Part shown: positions 13,512 to 27,500 of the stretch, piece after piece | Position numbering within the stretch: position 1 is the stretch's first letter | Layout of the letters: the number at the start of each line of letters is the position of its first letter | Assembly (NCBI GenBank): GCA_043228905.1 | Contig: JBHGNT010000018.1 | Span: forward strand, 10,168,001 to 10,232,000 | Direction: 5' to 3' | Length of the DNA: 64,000 bases | Source of the DNA: Azolla caroliniana | Lineage: Eukaryota > Plantae > Polypodiophyta | Position numbers and translations under genes: made by a program | The notes under the pieces: generated by a model | Told to the model about the DNA's origin: nothing | What the model saw: only the letters and a program-made list of their open reading frames with translations | The model's database searches: none

Positions 13512-15087
13512 TAAGTATTAATCATTAAGATTAAGTAAGCTAGTAGCTCAAGGGTATTCAACAACCACCCTAGCTATGCCGGTTTGGATCCTAGGCACAA
13601 GGATATCAACAAGAGGCATAATTCCGTCAACATTCCGGTGGAAGCACACGGAAGCCACACAAATTCACAATTGGGCATTGAAGAAATTCTAATAGGCATC
13701 CTTTTGGACAATTGCTAAAAAGAAACATCCCAATTGAAATATATGCTTTTAACATTTTCAAATTCATCACTAAAAGCAACCTAATTGCCATCTCAATGAT
13801 GGGCATATACTTGGTTGTAGAGTTCCCTGCTGAAACAGAGATATCATTTCCCATTGAGATGATGGGCATAGACTAGGTTGTTGAGTTCCATGCTGAAATA
13901 CATTCCAAACTTCCCAAAAATCCATGGAAGGCAAGTGAAAGTTAACAAGAGACATCAAAAACAATATTCTAACTTAGGCGCAGGCTGTATATTAAAGTTT
14001 GAAAATGGCGCATTACACTTGCTTCATCTGATTGTTTTCAATAGATTCCAGAATGAATCTGTACATATGAATCTGTTTTCAATAGGCCCTTTTGCAACAT
14101 CTGTACATATGACAGCTTGGGAGAAATGTGGTGTATTACACTTCATGCAGTTACATATGTACCACAGTAGAAATGGTTCTAATGGGATTAACACCAGGAT
14201 GAAGAGCCAGCTTTCAAAATTTTTAAAATATGTTACTTTGATTTTCCAAGTACCTCCAAGATACCTTAGTTTGTAAGTTACATAAAATTCTCATTTTTTG
14301 TACACGAGACCAAAATAGGGTTGTGCCACTTGTACATCTGAGAGAATGCACAATCTATGCATGTGAACATAATACATATGGAGTGCCATATATGCATACA
14401 ATAATTTCCATATCCACAATGAACTAATTATAGCAAACGTTACACTACAAATTTAAGTGGCATGCATGCCAACTCGTATTATATGAGAAATCTTTTCTTT
14501 GATTAACATAATTTACAGATCAAAATCTAATCTATGATGAACAAATATCCATGATGAACCATGACAGATGATTACACAACTACAACACTCTAATCCAATG
14601 CTAACTAATTTTAGCAAATGTTACACTCTACCTAGCTAAAAGGCTCGAAACCTTGAAAAAACAGAGCAGCAAGTCAATACCAAGTGCATAACATATGTCT
14701 ACCCATGTATGCAAAAGGGAATTGAAACAAAACAATATCACGTTCAAGTTCACATTGAAACAAAACCAATTGTAGAAGATAAAATGCTGTTTCATCGAAC
14801 CTTTGATTTCTTCAAAAAATTAGAGACTATCTATCTATTGATATAATTTACACGCAAGAGAAGGCACAAATTTTTGTAGCCTTCCAAAACAGGCTCTAGA
14901 ATTAAATATACAGCAGAACCATCACTGTCGATGACCCAAAAAGATATATGCTGCCATATGATTAAGATTGATAAATATGGTAATTAACTGATTGGTCATA
15001 GGTTTGAGTCCTATCCAGGATATTCATACCTCTGATGGAATGAACGGAGTTTCAGACCATGGAGATGATGAAGCTGAGTTTTTGCCT

Positions 15088-15523
15088 CTATGCCTTACGC
15101 TGATTGCCACGGCAATATCGGCTTTCACAAAAGCAACGAAATGCCTTGATTGGATGGTCCTTATCTTCAAAATCAATGCAATAGTCCTTCAAATAAATGA
15201 GAATAGTATACAGTATCATCAATAGAACATATTAAACCAAATCTTTGTATATTAAACTTAGACTCAAGGGCACTTATTTATGGGTGTATATTTCTCTCTC
15301 AAACAAGTATCATACCCAAGTCAATTCCTCCAATGCTTTTACAGCACGTGTTGTGAAAAAGGCAATCTGAAAGAAAGGAAAAACAATGACATTAAAGATG
15401 TTGCTACAGATTTTCAAGATATTCATGCTGAAGCATTGGGGGAAAAGTATCCATACATGATAGTAATGATGATCGGGACTTTCAATCTCCACAGGAATAT
15501 CAACGAGATTGGCATCATAACAT
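15088..15523 (-). CDS. SUVR4: SUVR last three exons (C-terminal SET and post-SET)
   Basis: [22 protein letters not shown] / [17 protein letters not shown] / [32 protein letters not shown], separated by GT-AG introns of 90 and 129 nt. Confidence 0.93.
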
Positions 15524-18500
15524 CTGATTAAAAAAATCATTGCAATAAAAACATATATATCAAGGTCCTTGTACCCAAAAAAATGGATCATTAACATAAG
15601 CCCAAATTCTCCAATTTTCAGAAACCTTATATTCTCCAATTCTAAGCTTAATGCGATGAATTTGTTTGAGGTTAAGGCATCATCAATAATCATTCATCAG
15701 ACATGGTCAAGACACTGATTCATCAGACATGGTCAAGACAATTAGTTAAAGAAAGAATGCAGCTTATCAAACTTCAAATACACATGGTCTAGTGCCTTTC
15801 CTGTAAGACAAGTCCAGATTACAATTACTACAAATGGCAATCAATTCCCTAATTAGAAGAAAGAAAGAACGATATAATAACATCTTTTAAGAGGCTAAAA
15901 TGTCCTATAAGACCAAACAAGAGGTATCATCTTAAAGTGTTGTTTCATTTTTGAGAAAACAGCAAATCAAAATAAATGTACCAATGAGACAAAAGAAATA
16001 GAATTAAGACTTGACAAAAGAATCTCGTCACCTATGTGTAAGATTCTCAAGTCAGATATATTGTACTTTTTGTCTTCAAAAGATCTCTGGCACCATAGTG
16101 GAGAGGTCTCCAAAGCAAGTACCCACCCACAATGATGGGAGATAATGGCCTTTATTTTTTATGACGAGTGGTGAGATCGTGATCCGCAAGACCGGGGCCT
16201 ACGTACATGACAATTTGCTATTGACATATCTAATGTAACACCTTTACAATGTGCTACATGACCAAGCAAGTACCCACCCGCAATGATGGGAGATAATGGC
16301 CTTTATTTATTATGACGAGTGGTGAGATCGTGATCCGCAAGACCGGGGCCTACGTACATGACAATTTGCTATTGACATATCTAATGTAACACCTTTACAA
16401 TGTGCTACATGACCAAGCAAGTACCCACCCGCAATGATGGGAGATAATGGCCTTTATTTATTATGACAAGAGTGGTGAGATCGTGATCCGCAAGACCGGG
16501 GCCTACGTACATGACAATTTGCTATTGACATATCTAATGTTAACACCTTTACAATGTCCTGGTCAGGAGCCCATTTCTGTATCCCTTGATTGATTTGTAG
16601 CATGAGTAGAAGTGATGGGGCTAAAGAAAGCTTTGATTGTTCTTGTTTATCAGCTTGTGTGGCTGTGTTATTGTCCATAGACAACTTCTCTTGTATCTCT
16701 TCAGTTCTAGCAGAAAAAGCCCCAAGTCCTCATTTTCCATTACCTTGAGTAGTGGGCCAAACCCTTGCGTTAAAGAGGCAACAATATCTCCATCTTAATT
16801 CATAAAAACCAGAACAATGACACACATAGTGTTCTTTAGATTGCACTTCCTGATGACACAATTGGCAAAAAATTTCTAGGTGCATATCTGCCTACCTCAA
16901 TCTCTAATTGATGGGAAGAAGTTCAAAGCTACCCTATCACATGCCATCCATGTTATTCTATTTAGCAGCTTGTTAATATCAGTTTAGATTACTCAATTTT
17001 TTTTTACTTTGGTCATGTTTAGACATTTATGTTAATGACATGTGATTCTAAACATTGTTGGCTTTCAATATACCAACAATGAATATCTCCATGCTCAGCA
17101 AGTTGTTTTGATGACATAAGTGCCATCCTTGAGTTCCTTTGTTTAGGGCACTCCCAAAACCATCAGGTATTGATCACTGATCAGAATAATGTCTTGATGA
17201 TTATTGGGGCTGCTCCCATCTCCGCGCGGATATATCATGGGGTGATCATTGAGACTAAAGGTCCTTCAATATCTTTCCAATTATTTGCCCTTGTTAAGAA
17301 TCAATCCCTAGGTTTGTACTCTATAAGGAAGAGCTGGTGGTGTTGGGATCAAAGGCCCTTAGCTTGCTCCTATTAAACTAGAAAAATGTTTATATATACT
17401 TTAATATTTTCTGATTTTGTTAAGAGTTGTACAGTCTTGTTTTTGGAACTGTATTATAATTTCTAAAAGAATATTTTCTACACTACATGGGTTCCTTGGA
17501 CAAGTTTCTCACCCGGCATTCAATAGGTACTTATGAGGCCATGACTTAGCTGTTCCATCAGCATTTAAAGCTGCTCCTCTAAGAGAATATTCTATGTATC
17601 TTGAAAAGCACATATATATGTGTGCACTCTTACCTTGTACATTTTTTATGGCATTTTTGTACATACATATATGTGTCTATTCTGTATTCCTTCTTTTACC
17701 ATGGCAAATATATCAGCCAATGTTGGAAACTGCTCAATCATAAGGCAGTTGCTCAAATTTATATGGCAGTATCAGATGAAGTTTTAGGACATATCAAGGG
17801 GTTGACTAGTGGTCGTGAGGTATAGGGCAAACTGAAGACTATGTACCAGTCAACCACTACAATGTATCAAGTTCAACTTGATGAGAAGGCTCATGGTTAC
17901 ACAACTTCAAGATGCCAAGTCTGTAGCTAAACACATTTCGATGGTCTTCTCAATTAACTTTAAGTTATGAGATTGCAAACCTTGAAAGCAATCTTCTTAC
18001 TCCTGACATTGCCGTGAAACATGGGAGGTTCTTGAAGTCTCACTCTCAAATAGTGCAAATCTTACATTTTATGGGAGTTAAGAGGAGCAATCCTTAATGA
18101 AGAAACTTGTCAAAAAGCAAGTGGGAAGTCTTCTATTTCTGCCAACATAACAAGAGGGAAGTTGCATCAATGCAAAGGCCTAGAAGAAAGAGCAAGGGGA
18201 AAGAAACCACTTGCTTGCATGTGACCATAAAGGGCATAAAAGGCTCCATTGTAGACTTTACAAACAAGAGCTTGAAATAAATGATAGAGAAGGAGAAGAC
18301 AAATCTTGCCTCTAAAGTCATCATTGAGGAGATTCTTGACACTGAGGACATATTATGTTCTACAGATATCTGACTTATTGATACAACTTTAGTAAATGCA
18401 TTGCTAGCATTACAAGATCTTGTGATTCAAACATGGACAATTGACTTTGGTGCCTCCTTCCATTGCACTCCTTCCAAGGAGTGTTTTCTTTCATTTTCTG

Positions 18501-21500
18501 AAGGTAAGTTTGGGAATGGTCAAGAGCTAACACTGCATCAATTTCATTTAGTTCCAGGGATAAAGACGAGCTCATATTCTGTGGGACAAGTTGATTTATA
18601 GGGCTATTCCATAATCTTCACATGTGGAGCATGGAAAATTGTACGTGGTATTATACTCATTGCCCGAGGGAACAAGAGAGTACACTCTATTGCCTCTCAG
18701 GTCGAGTTCTTCATATTCGATTCATTAAAAGTCGCAAAAACAAAAAATGGAGTGGACGTGTGGCACAAAAGATTAGGACATATGAACCAAATGGCCTAGG
18801 ACATTCTACTCTCTTCTTAGAAGTTGGTGACCAAAGGTAACAAGGTTAATTTTCGCAACGAATACATTTATGGAAAACAAGTAAAGAGTTCTAATTACTC
18901 TGGTTCTTCAAGGAAAACAAATCCTTAGGATCCTTTTTACATTTCATAGCTTTCATTAATGATTACTCTAGAAAGTGTTGGCCATAATTGCTAATGGATA
19001 AACCACATTTACGTAAAACAAGTAAAGAGTTCATTACTCCGTTTCCTCAAGGAAAACAACACCACTTTAGCGCATACACTCTTATTTATGTACTATGCCT
19101 ACTAAATCCTTGGGTGATGATTACTTCAAAAAGTGTTATTAATTGATTCCAACACAATTCCCTCAAAGGTGGCAGACCGAAGGAGTTTTGATCTGGCGAA
19201 TCAGCTTTGTATGATCATATGCACATCTTAGACTGTGACGCCTCCGTCCACGTTAGATAGGAGATAAGAAAAAAGTTGGATGCAAAATTCATCAAAGGCA
19301 TCTTTTATTGATACAACATTGAAGGTGAGATAGGTTGATGACATGCTCATTGCAAGAAAGCATGAAACAACTTCAGAGGAATTAAAATGCAAACTCAAAT
19401 CTGCATTTCCCATGAAAGATCTCAAAGACACTAAGCACATTCTTGGGATAAGAAGCATATGGGATAGACATAAGAAGTTATTATTCGTATCCCCAGAGAT
19501 GTACATTGAGAAGGTATTGGAAAGATTAGAGACGATTGATGCAAAGCCATCTTCAATGCCTCTTTAACCAAAAGTAAAGCTTTCAAAAGCACAATATCCC
19601 AAAGCCAAAGAGGAAACAAAAAAAATGTAGGCTATGCTTTAGCTTGTGGGTCATTAATGCATGCAATGATATCAACACAACTTGATATCGCATATGCAGT
19701 AGGAGTATTAAGCAGATTTATGAGTCAATCTGGATGAAACAATTGGGTTGCAATCAAGTCTATCATTAGATATCTCAAAGGCACTAATGAAAAATGCATT
19801 TGTTATGGCAAAGGGTACTTGACTCTTCATGGCTATTGTGATTCTGATATGGTTGTAATGTAGACACAAGAAAAAATGATATCAACAAACCTGATATTGT
19901 TAATGCAATAGGTGTAGTAGGCAGGAATGTGATCCTTGGACAAGATTCTCACTCCACATTAAATAGGTATTTATGAGGCCATGACTTAGCTGTCCCATCA
20001 GCATTTAAAGCTCTCCTACCTTGTACAATTTTTTTAAGCAGTGGACTTTTGTTTTGGGTAATTGCTTTTGCTTTCTTTAATCTCCCATGTGTGTTAAACA
20101 CCATAATTATTTTTGGTTTCTATACCTCTACCTTTAGCTATTTCAAAAAACTGTCATTCTATCTTCTACTTTCTTTACAAGTGTGACAAGTGTATCAGAT
20201 AGCCACCACAATTTAGTTTGCGCCCTTGGAACTGCCAATGTGCACATTGTTTTTCAGAGTACCAAAGGCTGCGGATCGTTGAGAAAGTTGAGCACAAACA
20301 ATCTTCCGTAAGAGAACCGAGGCCCATTGAATGTTATGAGAGTGATAATGGCGTGGTCGGTTGCTCCAAAACACCAAGGGAGTGGTTTTTGTGTGTGTGA
20401 GGAGAGAGATATAGTAGAGAAAACTGTGCAGAAAAATGGACAGGAAACTCTAGCCACTAAAAGTCCCGATCTCATTATTAGAGGTTTGGAACCAATTATT
20501 ATTGATACGTAACTTTTAGGTCATTTTGGCATGTTCACACACGGCCAATGACCAAAAGTTATAAAAATAATGTAAATCCCTATACAATGTATGAAAAGCT
20601 CTTGAAGAGAGCTTTCATATGGAAGGGTCAAAATATACTAAAATGAGAGTCCTTGGGAACAAGAAGTTAGAGATAACGCAAATATCACAAAAAATGCAAT
20701 GGACAGGAATGCAAAGATTAGGCAGACACTGTAGAAAACACAGATGACGAGAGAAAGAAAGAACGATATATTAACGTCTTTTAAGAGGCCAAAATGGCCT
20801 ATAAGACCAAACAAGAGATTACATCTTAAGTGTTGTCTCCATTTTGAGAACAAATCAAAATAAAATAGATATTACACAGTAAATATAAAAGTAAATAAGA
20901 TGAAACAAAAAGTAAAGAGCGAATCTGGTTTTGGGCAAATATGAGATTCTCAAGTTAGGTATATTGTAGCTTTTGTCTTCAAAAGATCTCTAGCATAGGT
21001 CGATCCAAAATGGAAATGTCTCCGAAACGAGGGAAGCACCTACAATGGCGGGAGATAATGGCTTTTATCTGTCGATGGCAAGGGTGTCAAGATCGTGGCC
21101 TGTGGGGTTGGGGACTCGTGCAAGGCAAATTGCTATTGCCTGATCAATTGTAACCCCTTTGTTATGTCCTGGTCTGGATCCCATTTGTGTATCCCATGAT
21201 TGACTTCTGGCATGAGTAGGAGTGATAGGGCTAAACAAAGTTGTGATTGTTCTTTGTGGATGGGCTTGTGTGGCTATATTCAACAACTTTTCCTGATGTC
21301 TCTTGAGCTTTAGCAAGAAAAGTCCTAGGCTTCATTGGTGGTCCTCATCGTTTGTCATTGTGGGCCAAAGTCTTGTTTAAAGAGCCAATGGTATCTCCCT
21401 CTGATTTCATAAAAGACATTACAATGACAAACATAGTGTTCTTCAATGGCGAATTCTCTCTTCTAGAGGTAGTCGTGTATATCTGCCTACCTCAATCTGT

Positions 21501-24500
21501 AACTAATGTGATGATGTTCAACCCTCCCTATCACACTACGCAGCACATACGATAGATGAATGTCCATATAAGGTGGCCTGATGATGAATCCATCCTCCGC
21601 TATGTGCAAGAAGTGTGTCTTATAGTGGGCCATCTTTGTACCAAGTGGTATTTTGGGGCTGATCCATGTTATCTTGTTTTCTAAGTTATTAATATAAATT
21701 CGCATCACTCTATTCTTTCCACTTTCGTCATATTTAGATGGGGACAGTCCAAGCTATATTGGGACAGGGGTAGTGCATTTATACTCATGCCATGTGACTC
21801 GAACCATTGCTGCATTTCAGCATACCAACAATGACTGTCTCCACTTTCAACCAGTTGTCTTGATGACATAAGTGCCAACCTTGGGTACCTTCGTTTAAGG
21901 AGCTCCCAAAGACATTGGATAAATGTCACTGATCGGAACAATTCCTCGGTTATTATAAGTGTTGCTCCCATCTCTACCCGGATTATATCATGGGTCACCA
22001 ATGCTTTGCTCCTTGTCATGCGAGAATCATTGACACTAAAGGTCTCTCTAAATCTTTCCAATGATTTGCCTTGTTAAGACTCAGTCCCCATGTTTCTACT
22101 CCATAGAGAAGAGTTGGTGTGACAAGTGTATCAAATAACCATAGCTTAGTTCGTGGCTCTTGAAACTGCAAATGTGCACATTGTCTCTCTAGAGCACCAA
22201 GGGCTGCATATCCACGAAAAAGTCGGGCACACGCAGCCTCCTATAAGGAGAACCTAGGCCATGTAAATGTTACTCCTAGGTATGTGTAGGAGCGTGGGTA
22301 TTCCACCTTTTCCTCTCCCAAGAAGAATTCTGGTTCTGATCTTGTTACCCATGCTTGAGTGGTGTTAAACACCATCACTTTAGTTTTGTCCATGTTGATA
22401 GACAAACCTTTGTCCATACAAAATAGTTTTAACGCATTTAGATGTCTTTGTAGTCCCTCCGGAGAGTCAAAAATCAGCACAATATCATCAACATATAGTA
22501 ATATTTGTATAGCTATACCTACTAGGTGTGCTCCGGAACCCCCAAATCTCTCTATGTACTGTGATACCTCATCTATATAGAGACCGAAGAGTGTGGGGGA
22601 TAGTGGGCATCCTTGCTTCAGGCCAATTGTGCTAGCCACCGCCTCTAACAAGCCCTTAGAAGACCGCACTTTTCCTGACACGGATTCATAGAGTGCATAG
22701 ATTCTCCATTGCATATCTATAGGAACACCAAGGGCTTCTAGCCGCTGCATAAGCTGAGCACGTGGCACAGTGTCAAAGGCTTTTCGGAAATCCACAAAGC
22801 AGCAATAAATCCTCTTATTGTGGGCTCTGCCCTCTTCAATAAGGGCCTAGAGGGTGAATATGTGATCCAAAGTTGTGAACCCCTTCCGAAAGCCTGCTTG
22901 TCCAATTGAATGGCAGCCATTTTGCTCCGCCCATATACTAAATTCTGATTCTAGAATCGAGCCATATAGTTTAGCCAAGTAATGGCCAATCATGATTGTC
23001 CTATAGTTGCTTGGCATCATGGGGTCTCCACTCTTGAGGATTGACACAATGGTATGTTGAGTCCATCTAGTAAGAAAACCTTCACACATGGCTCTATTAA
23101 AGATGTGTGCTAGCAATGGGAGCAAGGTGTCACAGGCATAGATAAAGTGCTCACCCACCAATCCATCATGATCTTGGGTCTTCCCAAATTGTAGCCGATC
23201 AATGGCATTTCTTACATTTTGTGGTGTAAAGAAGGTTGATTCATGTGGGCGTGAGGCATTCGGGTGGGGAAGAGGAGGTTGCCCCGGGATATCATATAGA
23301 ACCTTTGCATATTCCTGCCACACCTGAGGTGAGGTCAGTTGTGTGGTGGGTTGCCTCTCATTGAAGATTTTCCATACTCTTTTACTCTCTTGTCCTAGAA
23401 ACAAGTGATACAAATGATCTTCAAATTTAGCCAAATACAATCTCTTCTTCCTCACGAGGCGTTGGAAGGTTGCTCTCGCTTGGTTGTGTATAAATGCCCC
23501 GAGTTACATCACGCTGCAAGCATCTCCTTGTATCACGACATTCCTCATCATACCAACTATTTTGTATTACTCTACCGAGTTTGGGGGGATTGACCGTTAT
23601 GTGAGGGAAGACATTTGTGGCTGCTTTACGCAATGATTTGGATAAATGTTGGGTAAGTTCTTCAAGGGGTGCGAAAGGATCCAAATCTAGCATGCCATTG
23701 TATGCACCACAACTATACACATCAATTGTCTTGCGAGTGAATCGATACTTAGCCAGCCCACTCTCCTTAGCATATACATCCTTTGTGCATCCATCCTTTA
23801 CCTCCAAGTGTAGATATGCATGATCAGCTGCCAAGCCAATAGGTCTTCCTGATATAGTGAACAGTTTTATTTCAGGTATAAGAGATGGAGATCCCATTAG
23901 ATAATCGACTGTGCTTGCACTTCCTTTTGGGTTCCAACATGTCAAAGCATCTGATCCGGACCATTGTCACAAGCCATTATATATCACAAATCCATGCACG
24001 TTTCCCAAGGCTAGAAAGTGTTTTCCAGATTCAGTTATAGCACTCATATCTTGAGCTTGTCACTTTAGACCAACCTCTTCCGCCATAACTTGTCCATAAA
24101 CAACCTCGTTGGTGTTAAACATAGTTGTTTGTTCATCCTTGGTTCGTGCATTAAAATCTCCTAATAGTATTATGTCCCCCATAGTAGCAAATCTTATGAT
24201 ATCATCATATAGTGGTAGATATGGTGATTCACCTAGAGGTGAAAACCTTGAGTAGGCAGGTGGAAATTAGCAAATTGCAATATATAACTCCCTAAGATCC
24301 CCTCTTTTTATTCGTATCCACATGTAGCGTGCATCTACATCCTTATGGACAACATGCACTCTACCATGGAGCTCCTCTTTGTATAGCACAGCCACTCCTC
24401 CCGAACCTGTAGTGCTTCCTCATGTCCGAGGTTGGGGGCGACATATTGACTCCCATCTATATCCTTGTACCTCGGGGAACTTTGAAAGCATATATGTATT

Positions 24501-27500
24501 TTAAAATGTCCAAATCTACAAGAGTTCAATCTCTAAAATGTCTCAATATCCTACAAGAACTTCAATTGTAGATGTCTAGGGAGAGAGAGAGAAAGAAAGA
24601 AAGAAAGAAGGATATATTAACGTCTTTTAAGGAACCAAAATGGCCTATAAGACCGAATAAGAGATTACATCTTAAATGTTTTCTCGTCTTTGAGAACAAA
24701 TCAAAATAAAGTAAATATTACACAGTAAATATAAAAGTAAATAAGATGAAAAGAAAGAGACGAGAGAATCTGGTTTTTGGCACATGCGAGATTCTCAAGT
24801 TAGGTGTATTGTAGCTTTTGTCTCCGAAAGATCTCTATCATAGGTCGATCCAGAATGGAAATGTCTCCGAAGCGAGGGAAGCACCTATGATGGCGGGAGA
24901 TAATGGCTTTTATTTGTCGATGACAAGGGTGTCGAGGTCGTGGTCCATGGGGCCAGGGCCTACGTGCACGGCAAATTGCCATTGCCCGATCAATCGTAAC
25001 CCCTTTGTTATATCCTGGTCTAGATCCCATTTCTGTATCCTGGGGTTGACTTCTAGCATTAGGAGTGATGGAGCTAAAGAAAGTTGTGATTGTTCTTTGT
25101 GGATGGGCTTGTGTGGCTGTATTCTTCAACAACTTTTCCCGATGTCTCTTGAGCTCGAGCAAGAAAAGTCCTAGGCATCTTTGGTCCTCATATTCCATTA
25201 CCTTGCGTAGTGGGCCAAAGCCTTGTTTAAAGATGCAATGGTATCTCCCTCTGATTTCATAAAAGACACTACAATGACAAACATAGTGTTCTTCAGATTC
25301 CACTCCTTGATGACATAATTGGCAAATTCTCTCTTCTAGAGGTAGTCGTGTATATCTGCCCACCTCAATTTGTAGCTGATGTGATGAGGTTCGTAGCTGC
25401 CCTATCACACTACGCAACGCATAGAATAGATGTATGTCCATATAAGGTGGCCTTATGACAAATCCATCCTCCGATGTATGTAAGAAGTGTGTCTTATAGT
25501 GGGCCATCTATGTACCAAGTGCTATTTTGGGGCTGATCCATGTTATCTTGTTTTCTAAGTTAATAATATCAGTTCGGATCACTCTATTCTTTTCCACTTT
25601 GGTCATATTGAGATGGGGACAGTCCAAGCTATATTGGAACGGGGGTAGTGCAGAGAGAGAAAGAAAGATATATTAACGTCTTTTAAGAGGCCAAAATGGC
25701 CTATAAGACCAAACAAGAGATTACATCTTAAGTGTTGTCTCCTCTTTGAGGACAACAAATCAAAATAATAATAATTAAATAATACTCCGTAAATATAAAA
25801 GTATATAAGATAAAGATAAAAGAGACGAGGCAATCTAGTTTTCGGCACTTGTGAGATTCTCAAGTTAGATATATTGTAGCTTTTGTCTTCGAAAGATCTT
25901 TAGCATAGGTCGATCCAAAATGGAAATGTCTCCAAAGCGAGGGAAGCACCTACAATGGCGGGAGATAATGGCTTTTATCTGTCGATGGCAAGGGTGTCAA
26001 GGTCGTGGTCCATGGGGTCGGGGCCTACGTGCATGGCAAATTGTTATTGCCCGATCAATTATAACCCCTTTGTTATGTCTTGGTCGGGAGCCCATTCGTG
26101 TATCCCCTAATTGACTTGTAGCATTAGTAGGAGTGATGGGGATAAAGAAAGTTGTGATTGTTCTTTGTGGATGAGCGTGTGTGGTTGTATTCTTCAACAA
26201 CTTTTCCTGATGTCTCTTCAGCTCTAGCAAGAAAAGTCCTAGGCACGGTTGGTTCTCGTATACCATTACTTTGCGTAGTGGGCCAAAGCCTTATTAAAGA
26301 GGCAATGGTATCTCCCTTTGATTTCATAAAAGACATTACAATGACAAACATAGTGTTCTTCGGATTCGAATCCTTGATGACACAATTGGCAAATTCTCGC
26401 TTCTAGAGGTAGTCGTGTATATCTGCCTACCTCAATCTGTAACTGATGTGATGAAGTTTGCAATTGCCCTATCACACTACGTAGCGCATAGGATAGATAG
26501 ATAGATAGATTCTATTATGATCTTCGGAGGTCAAATATGACCTATGAAAACCAAAAGTATTACATTTAACATGATACGTGTGAAAGTGAGTAGCAACTCT
26601 CGATGTTCAAGAACTTTACCAATGAATGTTGTAATCGAGAGTGTATATTGTGGTTGTGAGAGAAATTCGTGCAAAGATTGGGCTTGGTCGAAGATGTGTG
26701 GAAAGCATGGTCAAATATGATAAAAGGCAAAGTATTGTATCAAAGTGTGATACTCAGACTCTCGAACTTGTTTAGAGCAAAGTGTGCATAGTCGACTACT
26801 CTCATCACTTGTGCCCCAACACCTGGTCTCACATTGCAATGCATGTTAGCTAAAAGATTGGGCTTGGTCGAAGATGTGTGGAAAGCATGGTCAAATATGA
26901 TAAAAGGCAGAGCATTGTATCAAAGTGTGATACTCAGACTCTTGAACTTGTTTAGAGCAAAGTGTGCATAGTCGACTACTCTCATCACTTATGCCCCAAC
27001 ACCTGGTCTCACATTGCAATGCATGTGAGCTAACTCGAATAGAAGCAATGGTTTGTTCGAATGGCAGAGAACGGGATGGGCTATAACATGTATCGATGTG
27101 TAAGGTTTCCCTGTTCCACGAAGAATATGGTTTTGTAGTTAGGTGCAGCATGTGTAGTATAATGTGTGAGGCGTGACCCTCCACATTTGTCCCATGTCAT
27201 GATACATTGGCATTGAAAAAAGGCATCATTTACAGAGGAATCTAGTTATGCATCTTGAAGCAAGTGTGTTGCATCCCATCTACCAAACCATTTTTCCATA
27301 TCTTGCATCTAACCGAAACACAACTTTCGAGTCTTTCAAGAGGTCAAATTGGCCATAAGACCAAACAAGAGATTATATCTTAGTGGTGTCTCGTCATTGA
27401 GAACAACAAATCAAAATAAAATAAATATCACTGAGTAAATATTAGAGTAAATAAGATAAAAAGAGACTAAAGAATCTTATTTTCGGCACATGTGAGATTC

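Noticed and set aside
9100-14300. Many 60-130 aa ORFs and a possible decayed transposase
   Set aside because: No recognisable motifs or consistent splice structure. I cannot support a call without a homology search.
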